Source of the DNA: an uncultured Acidobacteriota bacterium
GTDB lineage: Bacteria > Acidobacteriota > Thermoanaerobaculia > UBA5066
Assembly (NCBI GenBank): GCA_963779415.1
Contig: CAVZYA010000001.1
Coordinates: forward strand, 1,632,001 to 1,696,000
DNA: 64,000 bases
Direction of reading: 5' to 3'
Within the stretch, counting starts at the first letter, position 1. The number at the start of each line of letters is the position of its first letter. This document shows, piece after piece, positions 1-9,598 of this stretch. Both the position numbers and the translations under genes were made by a program. A model generated the notes under the pieces. The model did not search any database and was not told where the DNA came from. It worked only from the letters and a program-made list of their open reading frames with translations.

Positions 1-2
1 GG

Positions 3-383
3 ATGTACACGCTTCCCTACGACTTCAACGTCTCGACGAGCCTCTACGGTCGCCAAGGGTACGTGGCACCGTATTACAGGCGTGTCGTGAGCGGCGCCGA
101 ACCGGCCTATGGCCTGATCAAGAACTACCAGCTCGGCACCGTGGACGAACAACGGCTCAACACCGTTTTCGAGTGGGACCTCGGTCTCTCGAAAGTCGTG
201 AAGGTCGGAGGTCTCAACGCGACGCTGATGGCCGACGTCTTCAACGTCCTCAACCGCAACACCGTTCTCCAGCGCGTGCTGCGCGTCCGCAGCACGGCGA
301 CCACGCCCAGCTCGCTCGACAACGAGATCTACGAGCAGCAGGCACCGCGCATCTGGCGGTTCGGTATCCGCCTCGCTTTCTAG
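3..383 (+). CDS. TonB-dependent receptor (Oar-like), C-terminal fragment; gene starts before the window
   Basis: Ends ...ADVFNVLNRNTV...APRIWRFGIRLAF, a typical TBDR C-terminus with terminal Phe. Confidence 0.8.
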   Translation: MYTLPYDFNVSTSLYGRQGYVAPYYRRVVSGAEPAYGLIKNYQLGTVDEQRLNTVFEWDLGLSKVVKVGGLNATLMADVFNVLNRNTVLQRVLRVRSTATTPSSLDNEIYEQQAPRIWRFGIRLAF

Positions 384-392
384 GTTTTCCCG

Positions 393-420
393 GGGGAACC
401 CGGAACCGGCCGGGTTCCCC
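393..420 (+). terminator. GC hairpin after the TBDR stop
   Basis: ggggaacccgg-aaccgg-ccgggttcccc, perfect 11-bp stem; no U-tract. Confidence 0.55.
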
Positions 421-536
421 AATCCCCTCCGCGCCGGAAGCGATGCTCGTTCCGCTCGCGGCTGATCGGCCGCCGGGCCCCTGAGTCCGGCGGTTTTCTC
501 TTGCCCTGGGGGCGCTCCGCCTGAGAATCTTCGCGG

Positions 537-2735
537 GTGAGCGAATCGATTTCTCGTCTCCGTCTGCCCCTCGCGTCCGTCCTCGCGGCGCTTCTTGCGG
601 CTCTGGCGGCCACTGGCTGCCGGAAAGGGCACCCGGAGGCAAAGAGCTATCCGGGCGCGCCGGTGGTCCTCGTCACCATCGACACGCTCCGGTCCGACCA
701 CCTGCCAATGTACGGCTACAACGGCCTCGAAGCACCGGTCCTCTCCGCTTTCCGGAAGGAGGCCATTCTCTTCGAGAAGGCTTACGCCCACGTTCCGCTC
801 ACCCTCCCGTCGCACGGCACGATCTTCACGGGGATGCTTCCCGCCGAGAACGGCCTTCGCGACAACCTCGGCTACCGCCTCGACCCGAAGGTCCCGACGC
901 TGGCGGAGGTTCTCCGGAAGGCCGGCTACGCGACGGGCGGCGCCGTCTCCTGTTTCGTCCTCAACGGATCGAGCGGCATCGGACGAGGCTTCGACTTCTG
1001 GGAGGACTCCATCGAGCCGTCGAAGCCCGACGAGGCCCTCGGCCACGTCCAGCGCTCCGGCGCCGAGACCGAGCAGCTCCTGGCGCGCTGGCTCGAGACA
1101 CAGCCCCCGGAGAAGCCGACGTTCACGTTCTTCCACCTCTACGAGCCCCACACGCCCTACGAGCCGCCCGAGCCCTACGCGTCCCGGTACAAGGGGCGCG
1201 AATACGACGGAGAGATCGCCTGGTCCGATGAGCTGGTCGGACGGTACTTCGACCTCCTCAGGAAGAAGGGGATCTACGACCGCGCACTGATCGTCGTCCT
1301 CTCGGACCACGGGGAGGGGCTGGGCGAGCACGGGGAAGACGAGCATGGCATCTTTCTCTACCGCTACGCCCTCCAGGTGCCGCTGATGGTGAAGCTGCCG
1401 AAGGGCGATCGGGGAGGGAGCTCCGTGGAGACTCCCGTCCAGCTCTCCGACGTCTTCGCGACGGTGGTGAAGGCCGTCGGGATCCCGGATGTTCCGCCAC
1501 CTCCGGGAACCGTCTCGCTTCTCGACGTGGCGGCGGGGCGGGGCGGAGCCGCCCGCACCCTTTACGCCGAGACCGTCTTTCCGCGGATCCACTTCGGGTG
1601 GAGCGACCTTGCCTCGCTGATCGACGGCCCCTGGCACTACATCGAGGCGCCGAGGCCGGAGCTTTACGACCTCGGAAAGGACCCGGCCGAGAAAGAGAAC
1701 CTCGCTGCCGGCAAGCCCGCCCCGTTCCGGACGCTTCGGATCGCGATGGAGAAGCGGAGGAGCGCCTTCACGGCACCGGGGAAGATCGACCCCGAGGAGG
1801 CGAAGAAGCTCGCCTCCCTGGGCTATCTCTCCAGCGGTGCGACAGCGGGAAGCGGCCCGCTGCCCGACCCGAAGGACGAGATCCTCGTCGTCAGCGACCT
1901 GAAGGACGGCTCGGGACTCTTCCACGACGGCCGCTACCAGGAGGCCAACGCCATCTTCCAGAGGCTCCTCGACAACAACCCCCGGATGCTCGACGTCTGG
2001 GATCTCTACTCCCAGTCGCTTCGGAAGATGGGGCGAACCGAAGAGGCGCTCGCAGCACTCAAGAAAGGGATCGCAGCCTCACCGGACGCCGCGACGCACT
2101 ACTTCGTCGCGGTCGCCACCCTCTGCCTCAGGCTCGGGAAGATCGAGGAGGCCGCGAAGAACGCCGAGATCGCGAAGGGGCGCGGGGATCCGAACGCCGA
2201 CGACATGCTCGCCCGGATCCATCTCACGCGAAAGGAATGGGACGCGGCCGAAGCGGCTGCGAAGGCCTCGCTGGCGGCGCGCCCGAGCAAGCCCCTCCCC
2301 TATCTGATCCTCGCCCGCGTCGAGATCGAACGAAATCACCTCGGGACGGCTCTCGAGCTGGTCGAGAAGGCGCGATTGCTGTCAGAGAGCCGGAGCAAGA
2401 CCACCCTGCAGGATCTCCATTTCCTTCGAGGGGACATCCTGGGCCGGATGGAGCGTCTCCCCGAGGCCGAGGCCGAGTTCAAGGAGGAGATCCGCCTCTT
2501 CCCGGAAAGCCTCAACACCTACAGCTCGCTCGCTGCGATCTACGCCGCAGAGGGGCGTCTCGCCGACGTCCGGGAGACGATCGAGAAGCTGGTCACCGCA
2601 AACCCGACGCCCGAGGCCTACGAAATCGCCTTCAAGACGCTCACCGTCGTGGGCGACCGCTCGGGAGCCGATTCGGTCCGGCGGACGGCCGGCGCGAAGT
2701 TCCCTTCCGATCGGCGCTTCCACGGGAGAACGTGA
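537..2735 (+). CDS. Sulfatase-like hydrolase/transferase with C-terminal TPR repeats, lipoprotein
   Basis: VTIDTLRSDH, TLPSH, HLYEPHTPY and SDHGE motifs; TPR helices; lipobox LAATGC. Confidence 0.85.
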   Translation: MSESISRLRLPLASVLAALLAALAATGCRKGHPEAKSYPGAPVVLVTIDTLRSDHLPMYGYNGLEAPVLSAFRKEAILFEKAYAHVPLTLPSHGTIFTGMLPAENGLRDNLGYRLDPKVPTLAEVLRKAGYATGGAVSCFVLNGSSGIGRGFDFWEDSIEPSKPDEALGHVQRSGAETEQLLARWLETQPPEKPTFTFFHLYEPHTPYEPPEPYASRYKGREYDGEIAWSDELVGRYFDLLRKKGIYDRALIVVLSDHGEGLGEHGEDEHGIFLYRYALQVPLMVKLPKGDRGGSSVETPVQLSDVFATVVKAVGIPDVPPPPGTVSLLDVAAGRGGAARTLYAETVFPRIHFGWSDLASLIDGPWHYIEAPRPELYDLGKDPAEKENLAAGKPAPFRTLRIAMEKRRSAFTAPGKIDPEEAKKLASLGYLSSGATAGSGPLPDPKDEILVVSDLKDGSGLFHDGRYQEANAIFQRLLDNNPRMLDVWDLYSQSLRKMGRTEEALAALKKGIAASPDAATHYFVAVATLCLRLGKIEEAAKNAEIAKGRGDPNADDMLARIHLTRKEWDAAEAAAKASLAARPSKPLPYLILARVEIERNHLGTALELVEKARLLSESRSKTTLQDLHFLRGDILGRMERLPEAEAEFKEEIRLFPESLNTYSSLAAIYAAEGRLADVRETIEKLVTANPTPEAYEIAFKTLTVVGDRSGADSVRRTAGAKFPSDRRFHGRT

Positions 2736-2878
2736 GCCCTTCCCGGCCCTTTCCTCCTCCGGCTCGAACGAGAAGCGGACCGCCCCGGGGGACTGCGTAT
2801 GGCGCCATTCCATCGATGTCGTCCTGGTGCCGGTCTACGTCGCCCGACGGGGCGATAATCCGCGTCGGGAGGTCCTGC

Positions 2879-3541
2879 ATGAAGAACGCCGCAGCGGCTG
2901 TCCTCGTCTTCCTCCTCGCACCTCCTCTCTCCGCCGCCGACCTCCAGAAGTACAAGGCCTGGGCCGAATCCCCGCAGGCCTACTTCCTCTCGAAGGCCGA
3001 AAAGGAGCAATGGGCATTGATCTCCTCTGACGAGGCGGCCGGGAAGTTCATCGCGGAATATCTTGCGGCGCGAGGCAAGGGCTTCGCCGCCGCCCTCCAG
3101 AGCCGGATCGAGGTAGCGGACAAGACCTACAAGATCGGGAAGCTCAAGGGCGCGCGCTCTCCCCAGGGGAGAACACTCATCCTCCTCGGGACCCCGAGCT
3201 TTACCGACATGAAGACCGGAAAGGAGAAGACCGTCCAGGATCCATCGGGGGGCTCGGGTCTCTCGTACACGGGCGAAGGCGCCGGTGGCGGTGGAACGGC
3301 AAATCCTCTCTCGAACACCGGCGGACCTGGGCAGGACACCATGCGCGGCATGGAGAAGCCGGAGCCGACGGTCATCCGGTGGACCTACCGGGGCGCGTAC
3401 GCGCCGGCGGGCACCGGCCTCAAGGAGTTCGTGGTGGACTTCGACCAGGACGCGGCGGGAGTCGTCACTTTCCAGGACCCCAGGAAGGTCGAAGAGGTCT
3501 TCCAGAAGGTCATCGAGTACTGGGCCCCGAAGACCAAATAG
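2879..3541 (+). CDS. GWxTD-domain-like secreted protein
   Basis: Signal peptide MKNAAAAVLVFLLAPPLSA; YKAWAESPQAYFLSKAEKEQW...GARSPQGRTLILLGTP resembles the GWxTD domain; real start ATG 2879 (GGAGG upstream) lies inside the 647-aa ORF. Confidence 0.7.
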   Translation: MKNAAAAVLVFLLAPPLSAADLQKYKAWAESPQAYFLSKAEKEQWALISSDEAAGKFIAEYLAARGKGFAAALQSRIEVADKTYKIGKLKGARSPQGRTLILLGTPSFTDMKTGKEKTVQDPSGGSGLSYTGEGAGGGGTANPLSNTGGPGQDTMRGMEKPEPTVIRWTYRGAYAPAGTGLKEFVVDFDQDAAGVVTFQDPRKVEEVFQKVIEYWAPKTK

Positions 3542-3547
3542 CCCGTC

Positions 3548-3985
3548 TCACTCCTCCTCGAGCGGGAGGCGCTGACGGCGGACGGCCTTGACGGTCGCGT
3601 CGCGCTTCTTGGCCCGTAGGCGCCGCTCACGCGCGGCCGGGGAGGGGCCGGTGGCGCGCCGGGCCTTCGGGACGACGAGCGCGCGCGCCACGAGCTGGCG
3701 GACCTTCTCGCGCGCCGTCTCGAGGTTCCGGAAGCGGTCGCGGCTTTCGCCTGCGGTTACCTGAAGGCGGCCGTCGGCGGTGATCCTCCGTCCGGCGAGA
3801 GAGACGAGCCGCCGGCGCGCGACGGCGTTCAGCCCCGGAATGCCGTCGAGGTCGACGAGAAGAAGGATCTTCGACGAGACCTTGTTCACGTTCTGTCCGC
3901 CCGGCCCGGAAGAGCGGATGGCATGAACTTCGATGGCGGCAGGAAGGACGCGGACTGCGGAGGTCACCTCGATGGGTTCGGCCAT
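3548..3985 (-). CDS. arfB: Alternative ribosome rescue peptidyl-tRNA hydrolase
   Basis: RSSGPGGQNVNKVSS motif and basic C-terminal tail. Confidence 0.92.
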   Translation of the reverse strand: MAEPIEVTSAVRVLPAAIEVHAIRSSGPGGQNVNKVSSKILLLVDLDGIPGLNAVARRRLVSLAGRRITADGRLQVTAGESRDRFRNLETAREKVRQLVARALVVPKARRATGPSPAARERRLRAKKRDATVKAVRRQRLPLEEE

Positions 3986-4027
3986 GGGGCGATGTTACGA
4001 CCACCGGGACCGCGCTATCGTTCCCGC

Positions 4028-4375
4028 GTGAGCGGAAAGGGGCGGCTCGTCTACTCGACGGAAACCGGTTCCGTCTGCCCGCGGTGCGGCTGGCCCGCAC
4101 GGGAGTGCCGCTGCTCGAAGAGCGCGCAGGAGCCCGTTCCGGCGAAGGTCGTCGCGAAGCTCCGCCTCGAGACCGCCGGGCGCGGCGGCAAGAGCGTGAC
4201 GGTCGTGGATGGCCTCCCGCGAAACGCGGCGTTCGTCGAGGGCCTCGCGAAGGAGCTGAAGCGGGCGCTCGGAACGGGCGGATCGGCCATGGAGGGCGCC
4301 GTCGAGATCCAGGGGGACCACCGCGACCGGCTCCGGGCGCTCCTCTCGAAGCGGGGCTTTCTCGTCAAGGGGTGA
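4028..4375 (+). CDS. yciH: SUI1/eIF1-family translation factor YciH
   Basis: LVYSTETG, CxxC..CxC, GRGGKSVTVV, GTGGS and IEIQGD-like motifs; GTG start at 4028. Confidence 0.88.
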   Translation: MSGKGRLVYSTETGSVCPRCGWPARECRCSKSAQEPVPAKVVAKLRLETAGRGGKSVTVVDGLPRNAAFVEGLAKELKRALGTGGSAMEGAVEIQGDHRDRLRALLSKRGFLVKG

Positions 4376-5714
4376 CGCGCCGCGCGGCCGCCTCGCCCGC
4401 GGTCCGCCCCGTCGCCCAGGCCCACTGGAAGTTGAAGCCTCCGATCGGGCCGAAGGCATCGAGGATCTCTCCGGCCAAGAAGAGCCCCGGCACGAGCCGG
4501 CTCTCGCCGCTTCCGGGGTCCACCTCCTCGAGCGCGACGCCCCCGCCGGTCACCTCCGCGGTCCGGTACCCCTCGGTGCCGGCCGCGGGGATCGGAAACG
4601 ACGCGAGAGCAGACACCAGGCGCTTTCTCGCCTCGCGCGTCAGGCGGGAGAGTGGCCCATCGGGGACTTTCGCCGTTTCGAGAATGAGGCTCGCCAGACG
4701 GTCCGGAAAAGAAGATTTTCTTAGAAAGGAAGAAAGAGAGCCGCCGGAGCCTGCGCCGCTCCGCACCTCTTCATCCCAGACCCCGGCCACCGCCTCGGCA
4801 TTGCCGAAGCGCGATGAGCGATCGCGCCGCACGGGACCATTCGAAGCAATTCGTTCTCTCTCTCTTTCGTTCTCTTTTTCATTCCCCCTTTCCCTGTTCC
4901 GATCGATCGGCAGGAACGTCACCCGGACGTCGAAGGCCTTCCCCGCGCGCGCCGCGCGCTCGACGACGTGTGAGACGCCGAGGACGGCGGGGCCGCTCCA
5001 GCCGCGGTGCGTGAAGAGGAAGCCCCCTTCCGACACGGCCGACTCGTCCCCGGCCCGAGCCGTCACGCGGACCTCCGCCGAGAGCCCCGCGAGGGCATGG
5101 TGGGACGGCGCCTCTCCGACGAGGGGCGCGAGCGCCGGATAGGTGGGCCGGACCGTGTGGCCGAGCGCCGTCGCCCAGTCGAAGCCGGCCCCGTCGGCCC
5201 CTCCCGAAAGGACCGATCGGCCCCCCGTCGCCACGACGACGGCCGCGGCATGCAGGCTCCCGGCGTCGAGCCGCACCTCGAATCCTCCCCGCCGGGACCG
5301 GACCAGGTCGCGCACCGGACTCTGCGAGCGGATCTCGGCCCCGGATGAAAGAACCGACGCGCGAATCGCATCGCGGACGTCCCGCGCCCGGTTCGTCGGC
5401 GGGAAGAGCTTTCCGCTCTCCGGCTCCTCGCGGAGCGCGCCTCCGAGAAGCGCCTCGAAGAAGGTTCGTTGCTCCACCAGCGGCCAGCGTGCGAGGAATC
5501 GGCGTACGAGGCGATTCGGAGAGTCGGAGACGAAGCGTCCGGGCGCCTCGGCGGAAGGAAGTACGTTGCACCTCCCGCCCCCCGAGACGAGGATCTTTCG
5601 CCCCGCCTCACGCGCGGCTTCGAGAACGACGACCCGCCGTCCCCGGCCCGCCGCGAAGCGCGCGGCCATCAGGCCGGCGGCGCCGGCTCCGAGGATGACG
5701 ACCGGTCCCTCCAT
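4365..5714 (-). CDS. HI0933/BaiN-family NAD(P)/FAD-dependent oxidoreductase
   Basis: GAGAAGLMAA, GRKILVSGGGRCN, FTHRGWSGPAVL, AEVTGGGV, GGFNFQWAWATG. Confidence 0.92.
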   Translation of the reverse strand: MEGPVVILGAGAAGLMAARFAAGRGRRVVVLEAAREAGRKILVSGGGRCNVLPSAEAPGRFVSDSPNRLVRRFLARWPLVEQRTFFEALLGGALREEPESGKLFPPTNRARDVRDAIRASVLSSGAEIRSQSPVRDLVRSRRGGFEVRLDAGSLHAAAVVVATGGRSVLSGGADGAGFDWATALGHTVRPTYPALAPLVGEAPSHHALAGLSAEVRVTARAGDESAVSEGGFLFTHRGWSGPAVLGVSHVVERAARAGKAFDVRVTFLPIDRNRERGNEKENERERERIASNGPVRRDRSSRFGNAEAVAGVWDEEVRSGAGSGGSLSSFLRKSSFPDRLASLILETAKVPDGPLSRLTREARKRLVSALASFPIPAAGTEGYRTAEVTGGGVALEEVDPGSGESRLVPGLFLAGEILDAFGPIGGFNFQWAWATGRTAGEAAARRVTP

Positions 5715-5730
5715 GACGCCATAATCGCCC

Positions 5731-6522
5731 ATGCCCGAAGGGAACGGGACGAAGAGCGGGTTTCTCCGCCGGCTCGTCTATCGCCTCCATTTCGCCCTCG
5801 CGGTACTCGTCGGAGGGTTCTTCTTCGTCACCCTCTCCCTTCTCGCGGTCTTCCGTATCGCCGTCCTGAGGTGGGACCGGGAGCGCGTCATGGGGACGTG
5901 GATCCCGACGTGGCACCGGATCATGGCGACGACGCTCGGCTGGGAGATGCCGGTTTCGGGAGAGGAGAAATTCGAGACGTTCCGGCCCGCCGTCGTCGCC
6001 ATCAACCATCAGTCGAACCTCGACATCGTCCTCTGGGCCCGGTTCTTCCCGCGGGCGACGGTCGTCGTCGGGAAGAAGCAGATCAAGAAGATCCCGATCT
6101 TCGGGTACATCTTCCAGGGAACGAAGAACATCCTGATCGACCGCGAGAACGCGGAACGGGCGCGCCGCTCGCTCGAGGATGCGGCCGGGAGGATCCGGGG
6201 CGAGCGGCTGAACGTCTGGATGGCGCCGGAAGGACACCGGAACCTCGGCGCGGAGATGCTCAAGTTCAAGAAGGGGGCGTTTCACCTCGCCATCGCGGCG
6301 CAGGTTCCGGTCCTCCCCGTCGTCGTCGGGCCGGTCTGGACCGTCTTCGACGGGCGGCGGGCGATGGCCCGGCCCGGGCGGGTCGAGGTGAAGATTCTCG
6401 ATCCGATCCCGACCGCTGGCCTTCGCGAGGTGGACGTCGACGACCTCAGCGCCCGGGTCCGTACGGCGATGGAGACGGCCCGGAACGAAATGATCGCTTC
6501 GGCCGGGGGGCGGATCGGTTAG
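5731..6522 (+). CDS. plsC: 1-acyl-sn-glycerol-3-phosphate acyltransferase
   Basis: NHQSNLD and PEGHR acyltransferase motifs, FKKGAFHLA. Confidence 0.85.
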   Translation: MPEGNGTKSGFLRRLVYRLHFALAVLVGGFFFVTLSLLAVFRIAVLRWDRERVMGTWIPTWHRIMATTLGWEMPVSGEEKFETFRPAVVAINHQSNLDIVLWARFFPRATVVVGKKQIKKIPIFGYIFQGTKNILIDRENAERARRSLEDAAGRIRGERLNVWMAPEGHRNLGAEMLKFKKGAFHLAIAAQVPVLPVVVGPVWTVFDGRRAMARPGRVEVKILDPIPTAGLREVDVDDLSARVRTAMETARNEMIASAGGRIG

Positions 6523-6960
6523 CTATACCCGGAGGTCGTCGGGACGCCAGCTCTTGATCCGCTTCTTGATCTCCTCGCGGGGGAGCTTCTCGTCCAGCGC
6601 CTGCTTCACGAGGTCGGCCACTTCCCCGTCCGACGCGAAGCGGAGACCGATGAGCTGGTCCACGGCCAGCTCGCCGATCCGCGAGCGGAGCGGCTCGGGA
6701 AGGAGCTGCTGGAGCCGGAGGCGTTCCTCGAGCCGTATGACGCGGTCCTGGACCTTCAGCGCGTAGAGCCGCTCCTTGAAGAGAAGGACGAGAGCCGCCG
6801 CGAAAACGACGAAGATCCAGAGGGTCGTCAAGCCCGGGCTCTTCACGAGCTGCCAGAGCGCGACGAGCAGCGAGATCCCGAAGACCCCGAAAGCGAAGAC
6901 GTGAAAGATCGGGTCGTAGCGGCGATGATTCGCATAGGACTGCGGAACGTCTTGGGCCAT
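6523..6960 (-). CDS. DUF6526-like membrane protein
   Basis: QSYANHRR..., ALKVQDRVIRLEERLR, QLIGLRFASDGE, IKSWRPDDLRV. Confidence 0.75.
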   Translation of the reverse strand: MAQDVPQSYANHRRYDPIFHVFAFGVFGISLLVALWQLVKSPGLTTLWIFVVFAAALVLLFKERLYALKVQDRVIRLEERLRLQQLLPEPLRSRIGELAVDQLIGLRFASDGEVADLVKQALDEKLPREEIKKRIKSWRPDDLRV

Positions 6961-7024
6961 GAAGGAAGTCTACAGAAAGGTCTTTTTTCTTGGCGACGAA
7001 TGAAGCGCCGCGTAGGATTTCCCC

Positions 7025-8218
7025 ATGCCGATCCAGAGGCTCGTGAAGCCCCGGCGGGAGTGGGCCCATCCGGACCGGACCATCCGGGCTTCCGCGACGA
7101 CCGGTTTTCTTCTCGTCCACCTTCTGGCCCTCGGCGTCTTCGTCGTCGGCTTCTCGTGGACCGGCGTCGCCCTCTGCCTCGGCTCGTACACCCTCCGGAT
7201 GTTCGCCATCACGGCGGGCTTCCACCGCTACTTCGCCCACCGGACATACCGGCTCGGACGGACTCCCCAGTTCCTGCTCGCGTTTCTCGCCCAGACCTCC
7301 GCCCAGAAGGGGGTCCTCTGGTGGGCCGCTCACCACCGGCACCATCACAAGTGGTCGGACACGCCGAAGGACATCCACAGCCCGATTCAGGACGGCTTCT
7401 GGTGGAGCCACATCGGCTGGATCCTTTCGGGGCAGTTCGACGAGACGAACCTCTCCCTGATTCCGGACTTCGCGAAGTTTCCGGAGCTTCGCTGGCTGGA
7501 CCGGAACCAGTACGCCCCCGTCCTCGTCTACGCGCTCGCGACGTGGGCCTTCTTCGGCTGGACCGGCCTCTTCTGGGGCTTCTTCCTCTCCACCGTCTTC
7601 CTCTGGCACGGCACCTTCTGCATCAACAGCCTCACGCACGTCTTCGGCCGGCGGGTCTTCCCGACGGGAGACACGAGTCGGAACAGCTTCCTCCTCGCCC
7701 TCGTCACGATGGGAGAGGGGTGGCACAACAACCATCACTACTACCCTTCCTCGGCGGCTCAGGGTTTCCTCTGGTGGCAGATCGACCCGTCGTACTACCT
7801 CCTCTGGCTGCTCGCGCGGGTCCGGCTCGTCCGGGGGCTCCGCCCCGCGCCCTCCCCCACCGCGACCGCGACCGCCCTGGCGGCCGCGCGGACGCGGCTC
7901 GAGGTGGCCGGCGATGAGATGGCCGAGCGGATCGAGAGCCTCTCGAAGCGGTGGGACGAGCTGGCCGATCGGGCCCGTGCCTCCGCGCAGGAGGCGGTGG
8001 CCGACCTCGAAGAGGCCAGGCGAAACGCCGTCCGGCGGCTCGAGGCCCTGCAGGCGGAATACAGCGCGGCGCTGAAGCGCGCGGGGAGCCGGGCCGAGAA
8101 GCGGCTCACGGCGACGCGCGAGGAGATCGAATTCACGCGCGCGCACCTCGCGGAGGTCCTGGCGAGCCTCGTCGAGACGGCCGAGAGGGCGCTCGCGCCT
8201 CCGACCCTCCCCGCCTGA
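7025..8218 (+). CDS. Delta-9 acyl-CoA/fatty acid desaturase with C-terminal helical extension
   Basis: His boxes HRYFAH, HHRHHH, GEGWHNNHH. Confidence 0.9.
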   Translation: MPIQRLVKPRREWAHPDRTIRASATTGFLLVHLLALGVFVVGFSWTGVALCLGSYTLRMFAITAGFHRYFAHRTYRLGRTPQFLLAFLAQTSAQKGVLWWAAHHRHHHKWSDTPKDIHSPIQDGFWWSHIGWILSGQFDETNLSLIPDFAKFPELRWLDRNQYAPVLVYALATWAFFGWTGLFWGFFLSTVFLWHGTFCINSLTHVFGRRVFPTGDTSRNSFLLALVTMGEGWHNNHHYYPSSAAQGFLWWQIDPSYYLLWLLARVRLVRGLRPAPSPTATATALAAARTRLEVAGDEMAERIESLSKRWDELADRARASAQEAVADLEEARRNAVRRLEALQAEYSAALKRAGSRAEKRLTATREEIEFTRAHLAEVLASLVETAERALAPPTLPA

Positions 8219-8262
8219 CCCCCGGGAAGCGCCCCGGCTCCCTCTCCGATAACATCGCGCGC

Positions 8263-9598
8263 ATGAAGGAACTCTCCGCCCTGTTCTCCGAGCACGTGGC
8301 CGAACGGGTCTCGACGGCTTCCCAGGCGCTCTCCGAAACCGGCTTCTCGCGTCTCGTCCTCCACTCGGGCGTCCCGTTCACCTACTACGCGGACGACGCC
8401 GACGCTCCGTTCCACTCGACGCCCCATTTTGCCCACTGGGCGCCCGTCGAGGGCCCGTTCCATCTTCTCGACGTCGTTCCCGGAAAGACGCCCCGTCTCA
8501 TCCGCGTGACGCCGCGCGACTACTGGTACGCCCCTCCCCGCCCCGGCCCCCGACTTCGTCCGCGCGGTCTTCGACGTCGTCGACGTCGAGACTCCCGACG
8601 AGGCGTGGAAGGAAGTCGCGTCGAAGCCGCTGGGGCCCGAGACCGCCTTCGTCGGGTCCGAGGAGCAGACCGCGAAGTCGAAGGGGATCTCCACGGCCGC
8701 CCTGAATCCGAAAGGGCTCGTCGCCCGCCTCGACTGGGAGCGCTCCTACAAGACGCCTTACGAGGTCGCGACGCTCTCGGAGGCGACGGCGAAGGCGACA
8801 CGCGGATACCTCGCGGCCGAGGCGGCGTTCAAGGCGGGCGCCTCGGAGATCGAGATCCACCACGCCTACGTCGCGGCGGTCGGCGATCCGGACGACGCCC
8901 TCCCATACACGACGATCATCGCGCTCGACGAGAGGGCCTCCACCCTTCACTACCACGGCAAGCGCGGGCGCGAAGCCGCCCCCGGAAAGGTCTTCCTGAT
9001 CGACGCCGGAGCCTCCGTGCGGATGTACGGCTCGGACATCACCCGGACGTACGTCTCTCCGAAGACCGATCCGGTCTTCGTGAAGCTTCTCGACGGAATG
9101 AAGGCCCTCCAGAAGCTCCTCGCCGACTCGGCCCGCGCCGGGCGGAGCTACGTCGATCTCCACCGCGAGGCGCACCGGCGGATCGGCGCCCTCCTCGTCG
9201 AGACGAGAATCCTCCGGGTCTCGCTCGACGAGGCGCTGGAGCGGAAGCTGACGCTCCCCTTCTTCCCGCACGGCCTCGGACACTTTCTCGGCGTTCAGGT
9301 GCACGACGTCTCCGGGCGCCAGGCGTCCCGCGAAGGCGGCGTCGCCCCGCCTCCGGAGGACTACCCCTCGCTCCGGACGACGCGGACGATCGAACGGCGG
9401 ATGGTCTTCACGATCGAGCCGGGCCTCTACTTCATCCCGATGCTCCTCGAGCCGTACCGCGCCGGCCGGACCACCGACGCCTTCGACTGGCCCCTCGTCG
9501 ACCGTCTCACCCCCTGCGGCGGCATCCGCGTCGAGGACGACGTTCTCGTCGAGGGAGACCGGGTCCGGAACCTGACGCGGGAGTTCCTGCCGGAGTGA
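8263..9598 (+). CDS. pepQ: Xaa-Pro dipeptidase (M24), frameshift near 8535
   Basis: N-terminal DDADAPFHSTPHFAHWAP; C-terminal DAGA, SDITRTY, PHGLGHFLGVQVHDV, TIEPGLYF, GGIRVEDD; frame changes in a C-homopolymer tract. Confidence 0.85.

Noticed and set aside
1598-2878. N-terminal part of the 647-aa ORF
   Set aside because: Alternative frame of the sulfatase gene; the real gene starts at ATG 2879
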